Shown here one piece after another: positions 60,233 through 64,000 of a stretch of 64,000 nucleotides of DNA. Within the stretch, counting starts at the first letter, position 1; every line of letters begins with the position of its first letter. A program made the translations under genes and the position numbers. The DNA comes from an uncultured delta proteobacterium (GTDB lineage Bacteria; Desulfobacterota; Binatia; DP-6). The DNA is taken from the NCBI GenBank assembly GCA_963815115.1, contig CAWFFN010000005.1:192001-256000 (forward strand), written 5' to 3'. The notes beneath the pieces are model-generated. The model searched no databases. It was not told the DNA's origin and was given only the letters and a program-made list of their open reading frames with translations.

Positions 60233-60452
60233 TTGTTCCCTCGCTGGCGTCGGCCATGCGCATCAGCCAGGACGCCAGCAGCCGCGCGCGATCGGACCGC
60301 AGCAGGACTCCGCCGACGTCGCCTCCTCCCGGGCCGTGCAGGGTCAGCGCGACGCGAGGCGACTCGAGGAATCGAGTGACGCGCAGCGACGCACCGGCTG
60401 CGAGCGGCATCAACAGCGAATCGCCCTGATGGAGCGGCACGATCTTGGCCAT
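60204..60452 (-). CDS. Small hypothetical protein
   Basis: GGAG RBS, 82 aa; last codons come from the repeat palindrome. Confidence 0.6.
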   Translation of the reverse strand: MAKIVPLHQGDSLLMPLAAGASLRVTRFLESPRVALTLHGPGGGDVGGVLLRSDRARLLASWLMRMADASEGTTIRDFVSGR

Positions 60453-60539
60453 GGCTTCTCCGGACTGGCGCCCGGTCCGCTCCTCCCTGTGCCGGGTTCA
60501 TCACAGCCGCTTCGCTCCTGTCAAGTGAAATTGTCAACG

Positions 60540-61703
60540 TCAGCGCGGCAGCCCGAGGATGCGCTGCGCGATGATGTTCGCCTGGACCTCCGAGGTCCCT
60601 CCGGCGATGGCGCCGACGCGCGACCACAGGAACGCCTGCTGCCAGCGCCCGCCGTCCGGGGCCGCCGCGAGCTGCGCCTCGGGACCGAGCACCTCGAGCG
60701 CCAGCTCGTGCAGGCGCTGCGTCAGGTGGGCCCAGAACAGCTTCACGAGAGACGACTCCGGGCCCGGTTCCTCGCCGCGCCCGAGCCGCGTGAGGGTGCG
60801 GCAGTTCATGAGCCGCATCACCTCGACGTCGATCCATCCGCGCGCCACCTCCTGACGGACCCGCGGATCGCGAGCCGCGCCCCGCGCACGTGCCAGGCCC
60901 ATCAGCTCCTCGAGCGCGATCCGCTGCAGCACCTGCTCCTTGAACGCGAAGCCGGTGCCGCGCTCGTGGGCGAGCGTGGTGAGCGCGATCTCCCAGCCCC
61001 GGTTCATCCCTCCGACGACGTGGGCACGCGGGAGGCGGACGGCGTCCAGGAACACCTCGCTGAACTCGGTCGAGCCGGTGAGCTGGCGGAGCGGCCGGAT
61101 GGTGATGCCCGGGCTCCGCATGTCGAGGATGAAGTAGGTGAGCCCGCGGTGCTTGGGCAGGGCGGGATCGGTGCGGGCGAGGAGGATGCCCCAGCGCGCA
61201 AACTGCGCGTAGCTCGTCCACACCTTCTGCCCGGTGACGACGAAGTCGTCGCCGTCGAGCTCGGCGCGCGTGCGCACGGCCGCCAGGTCGCTGCCCGCGT
61301 CCGGCTCGCTGAAGAGCTGGCACCAGACCTCGTCGCCGGTGAGGATGGGCGGCAGGAGGCGGCGCTTGAGCGCCTCGTCGCCGTGGGCGATCAGCGTCGG
61401 GCCCGCGTTGTTGATCCCGACCCGGTTCAGCAGCTGCGGCGCGCGCGCGCGTGCCAGCTCCTCGTTGAGGATCGCCTGCTGCACGGGCGGCGCGCCGTGC
61501 CCGCCGTAGTCGCGCGGCCAGGCGAGGCCGACGTAGCCGGCGCCGTGCAGCCTGCGCTGCCAGCGGCGCAGGAAGCCGAACTCCTCGGCGAGCGACGCGT
61601 CGTCGTACGGGACGCGCTCGCCGCGCGCCGGCCGGTTGGCGGCGAGCCACGCGCGCAGGGTGGCCCGGAAGCGCGCGTCCTCGGGCGAGTCGGCGAAGTC
61701 CAC
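60540..61703 (-). CDS. Acyl-CoA dehydrogenase
   Basis: WCQLFSEPDAGSDLA, GQKVWTS and IAGGTSEVQ motifs. Confidence 0.93.
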   Translation of the reverse strand: MDFADSPEDARFRATLRAWLAANRPARGERVPYDDASLAEEFGFLRRWQRRLHGAGYVGLAWPRDYGGHGAPPVQQAILNEELARARAPQLLNRVGINNAGPTLIAHGDEALKRRLLPPILTGDEVWCQLFSEPDAGSDLAAVRTRAELDGDDFVVTGQKVWTSYAQFARWGILLARTDPALPKHRGLTYFILDMRSPGITIRPLRQLTGSTEFSEVFLDAVRLPRAHVVGGMNRGWEIALTTLAHERGTGFAFKEQVLQRIALEELMGLARARGAARDPRVRQEVARGWIDVEVMRLMNCRTLTRLGRGEEPGPESSLVKLFWAHLTQRLHELALEVLGPEAQLAAAPDGGRWQQAFLWSRVGAIAGGTSEVQANIIAQRILGLPR

Positions 61704-61750
61704 GGCGCCGTCTACCACCCCCCGCGCGCGCGATGCTACATCGGGAGGCG

Positions 61751-62638
61751 ATGCGCTTCGGGCTGGTCACGCCGATCGTCACCCGCCATCCCGCCAACGA
61801 CGCGGCCTGGACGGAGGACGCCGGTCCCGCGGAGCTCGTGGAGATCGCGATCACGGCCGACCGGCTCGGCTATCACCACCTGACGTGCAGCGAGCACGTC
61901 GCCATCCCCGCCAGCGTCGCGCCCGTGCGCGGCGCCCGCTACTACGACCCGCTCGCCACCCTCGGCTTCCTCGCCGCGCGGACGTCGCGCATCAGGCTGG
62001 TCACCCACGTCCTCGTCCTCGGCTACCATCACCCGCTGGCCATCGCGAAGCGCTACGGCACCCTCGACCGTCTCTCCGGGGGCCGGCTCGTGCTCGGCGT
62101 CGGCGTGGGAACGCTGGCGGAGGAGTTCGCGCTCCTCGGCGTTCCGTTCACGGATCGCGGCGAGCGCTACGAGGACGCGCTGCGCGCGCTGCGGGCGGCC
62201 TTCGGCCGGCGTGCTCCATCGTACGCCGGCACGCACTATCGCTTCGCCGACCTGCTCGTCGACCCCTGCGGGGTGCAGCCCGAGGTGCCGATCTGGCTCG
62301 GCGGCCGCACGCCGCGCTCGCTGCGTCGCGCGCTCGTCCTGGGTGACGGCTGGGATCCGTTCGGGCTCGACCTCGCGCAGCTCCGCGCCCTCGTCGCGAG
62401 AGCGCGCGCCACGCGCGCGTGGCAGGAGCGCACGCGCCCGTTCACGTTGGTCCTCCCGATCGACGCGCTGCTCGATCCGACCGACGCGACGGAACGCGAG
62501 CGGCTGGCCGAGCGCTGCCAGGAGTACCGCGCGCTCGGCACCACGGTGCTCAACCTGCGGCTGCGCCACCGCAGCCTCCAGCACTATCTCGAGCAGCTCG
62601 ACGTCGTCGCGCGCGAGCTCGCGCCACGCTTCGCGTGA
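61751..62638 (+). CDS. LLM-class (probably F420-dependent) oxidoreductase
   Basis: CSEHVAIP and TLDRLSGGRLVLGVGVG motifs; GGGAGG RBS. Confidence 0.9.
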   Translation: MRFGLVTPIVTRHPANDAAWTEDAGPAELVEIAITADRLGYHHLTCSEHVAIPASVAPVRGARYYDPLATLGFLAARTSRIRLVTHVLVLGYHHPLAIAKRYGTLDRLSGGRLVLGVGVGTLAEEFALLGVPFTDRGERYEDALRALRAAFGRRAPSYAGTHYRFADLLVDPCGVQPEVPIWLGGRTPRSLRRALVLGDGWDPFGLDLAQLRALVARARATRAWQERTRPFTLVLPIDALLDPTDATERERLAERCQEYRALGTTVLNLRLRHRSLQHYLEQLDVVARELAPRFA

Positions 62639-62647
62639 GCTGCGCCG

Positions 62648-64000
62648 TCACGATGCGGGATCGGCGTCGCACGCGTAGAGCCGTGCGAAGTACTCCCGGA
62701 GCATGCGGTCGGAGGAGAAACGTTGCTCGGCCATGGCGATGCTGGCCTGCATCATCGAGACCCAGCGCTCCCGATCGGCGTACGCCGGCAGCACCTCGTG
62801 CTCGAGCACGTCGTAGAGTGCGACGGCGTCCCGCTCGTCCTGATCCGAGACGCCACTGGTCTCGTCCCCGATGGCCCAGCCGTTCACGCCGTGCTCGCAC
62901 GCCTCCGGCCACCAGCCGTCCAGGATCGAGCAGTTCAGCACGCCGTTCATCGCCGCCTTCATGCCCGACGTGCCGCAGGCTTCGAGCGGACGGACCGGGT
63001 TGTTCAGCCAGACGTCGGCACCGCGAGTGAGCGCGCGGCCGAGCGCCATGTCGTAGTCCGGAACGAAGGCGACCGCCTCGGGAAAGCGTGCCGCCATCAG
63101 GACCAGCTCGCGGATGATCTGCCGTCCCATCTCGTCGTCCGGGTGGGCCTTGCCGGCGAACACGAGCTGCATCCTGCGACCCTCGAGCAGCGGCTCGATG
63201 CGCTCGGGATCGTGGAAGATCAGGTTGCTGCGCTTGTAGGCCGCGGCGCGCCGGGCGAAGCCGATGGTGAGGACGGCGGGATCGAGCCGGACGCTGCTGC
63301 GGGCGGCGACCTGGTCGAGCAGCTCGGCTTTCATCTGCTGGCGGGCGGCCCACAGGCGCTCGGGCGAGCCGCTCGCCTCGCGCACGCGGGCGTCCTGCCA
63401 GGTCGGGACGTGCACGCCGTTGGTGATCGCGATGATCTCGCTCGCGCCCTCGACGTCGCGCCACATGGTGCGCGAGACCTCGGCGTGGAGCTCGGAGACG
63501 GCGTTGGCGCGCCGCGACAGCCGCAGCCCGGCGATCGTCATGTTGAAGGGATCGCCGCCGATCTGGCGCATCTCCCAGTCGACCAGCTCGCAGCAGGCAC
63601 CGAGCCGGCGCAGCTCGGCGATCGCGTGCACCTCGTTGCCGGCGGCCACGGGCGTGTGGGTGGTGAAGACGATCTGCTCGCGCACTGCCCGCCAGGCGTC
63701 GGCGAACTGCGTGCCGGCGGCCATGCGCTCGGCGATCAGCTCGACGCCCGCGAACACCGCGTGGCCCTCGTTGAAGTGGTAGCCCGCGACCTCGATGCCG
63801 AGCTTGCGCAACGCGCGGACGCCCCCGACGCCGAGCAGGATCTCCTGGGCCACCCGGCAATCGAACGTGGGGTCGTAGAGCCGGTTGGTGATCCACGCGT
63901 CGCGGGTCGCCACCGGCTCGAGCAGCAGCAGGGGGGCGTTGCCCCAGCGTTCCGTCCGCCAGACCCGGGCCTCGACCTCGCGCGTGGCGACGCGCACCCG
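62648..64000 (-). CDS. glgP: Alpha-glucan phosphorylase (5' part outside window)
   Basis: HFNEGH, FTTHTP, GKAHP and EACGTSGMKA motifs. Confidence 0.95.
   Translation of the reverse strand, partial: RVRVATREVEARVWRTERWGNAPLLLLEPVATRDAWITNRLYDPTFDCRVAQEILLGVGGVRALRKLGIEVAGYHFNEGHAVFAGVELIAERMAAGTQFADAWRAVREQIVFTTHTPVAAGNEVHAIAELRRLGACCELVDWEMRQIGGDPFNMTIAGLRLSRRANAVSELHAEVSRTMWRDVEGASEIIAITNGVHVPTWQDARVREASGSPERLWAARQQMKAELLDQVAARSSVRLDPAVLTIGFARRAAAYKRSNLIFHDPERIEPLLEGRRMQLVFAGKAHPDDEMGRQIIRELVLMAARFPEAVAFVPDYDMALGRALTRGADVWLNNPVRPLEACGTSGMKAAMNGVLNCSILDGWWPEACEHGVNGWAIGDETSGVSDQDERDAVALYDVLEHEVLPAYADRERWVSMMQASIAMAEQRFSSDRMLREYFARLYACDADPAS

Overview
High-GC bacterial window. Gene content suggests Binatota/Ca. 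Binatia (inference): Thr-linker Cys-rich secreted proteins, many acyl-CoA dehydrogenases and LLM/F420-type oxidoreductases. It holds a copper/heavy-metal block (P1B-ATPase with a non-canonical GACG motif, multicopper oxidase, TolC) and metabolic genes (pfk, ilvE, ligD, moeA, alaA, plsC, glgP). It also has a putative trans-envelope cassette (YVTN surface protein, outer-membrane barrel, FecR protein, CHASE2 cyclase), five large modular secreted proteins and a BrnT/BrnA toxin-antitoxin pair. A rearranged patch at about 38.9-44.2 kb carries two structured copies of an IS110-like left end (only 10 transposase codons survive, behind one copy) and a 501-bp near-identical direct repeat around foreign DNA. 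A second structured dispersed repeat with GACCCGAGAC-N3-GTCTCGGGTC palindromes occurs at about 29.7 and 60.1 kb. Many genes have single-base frameshifts, probably sequencing errors. No tRNA, rRNA or CRISPR array was seen.
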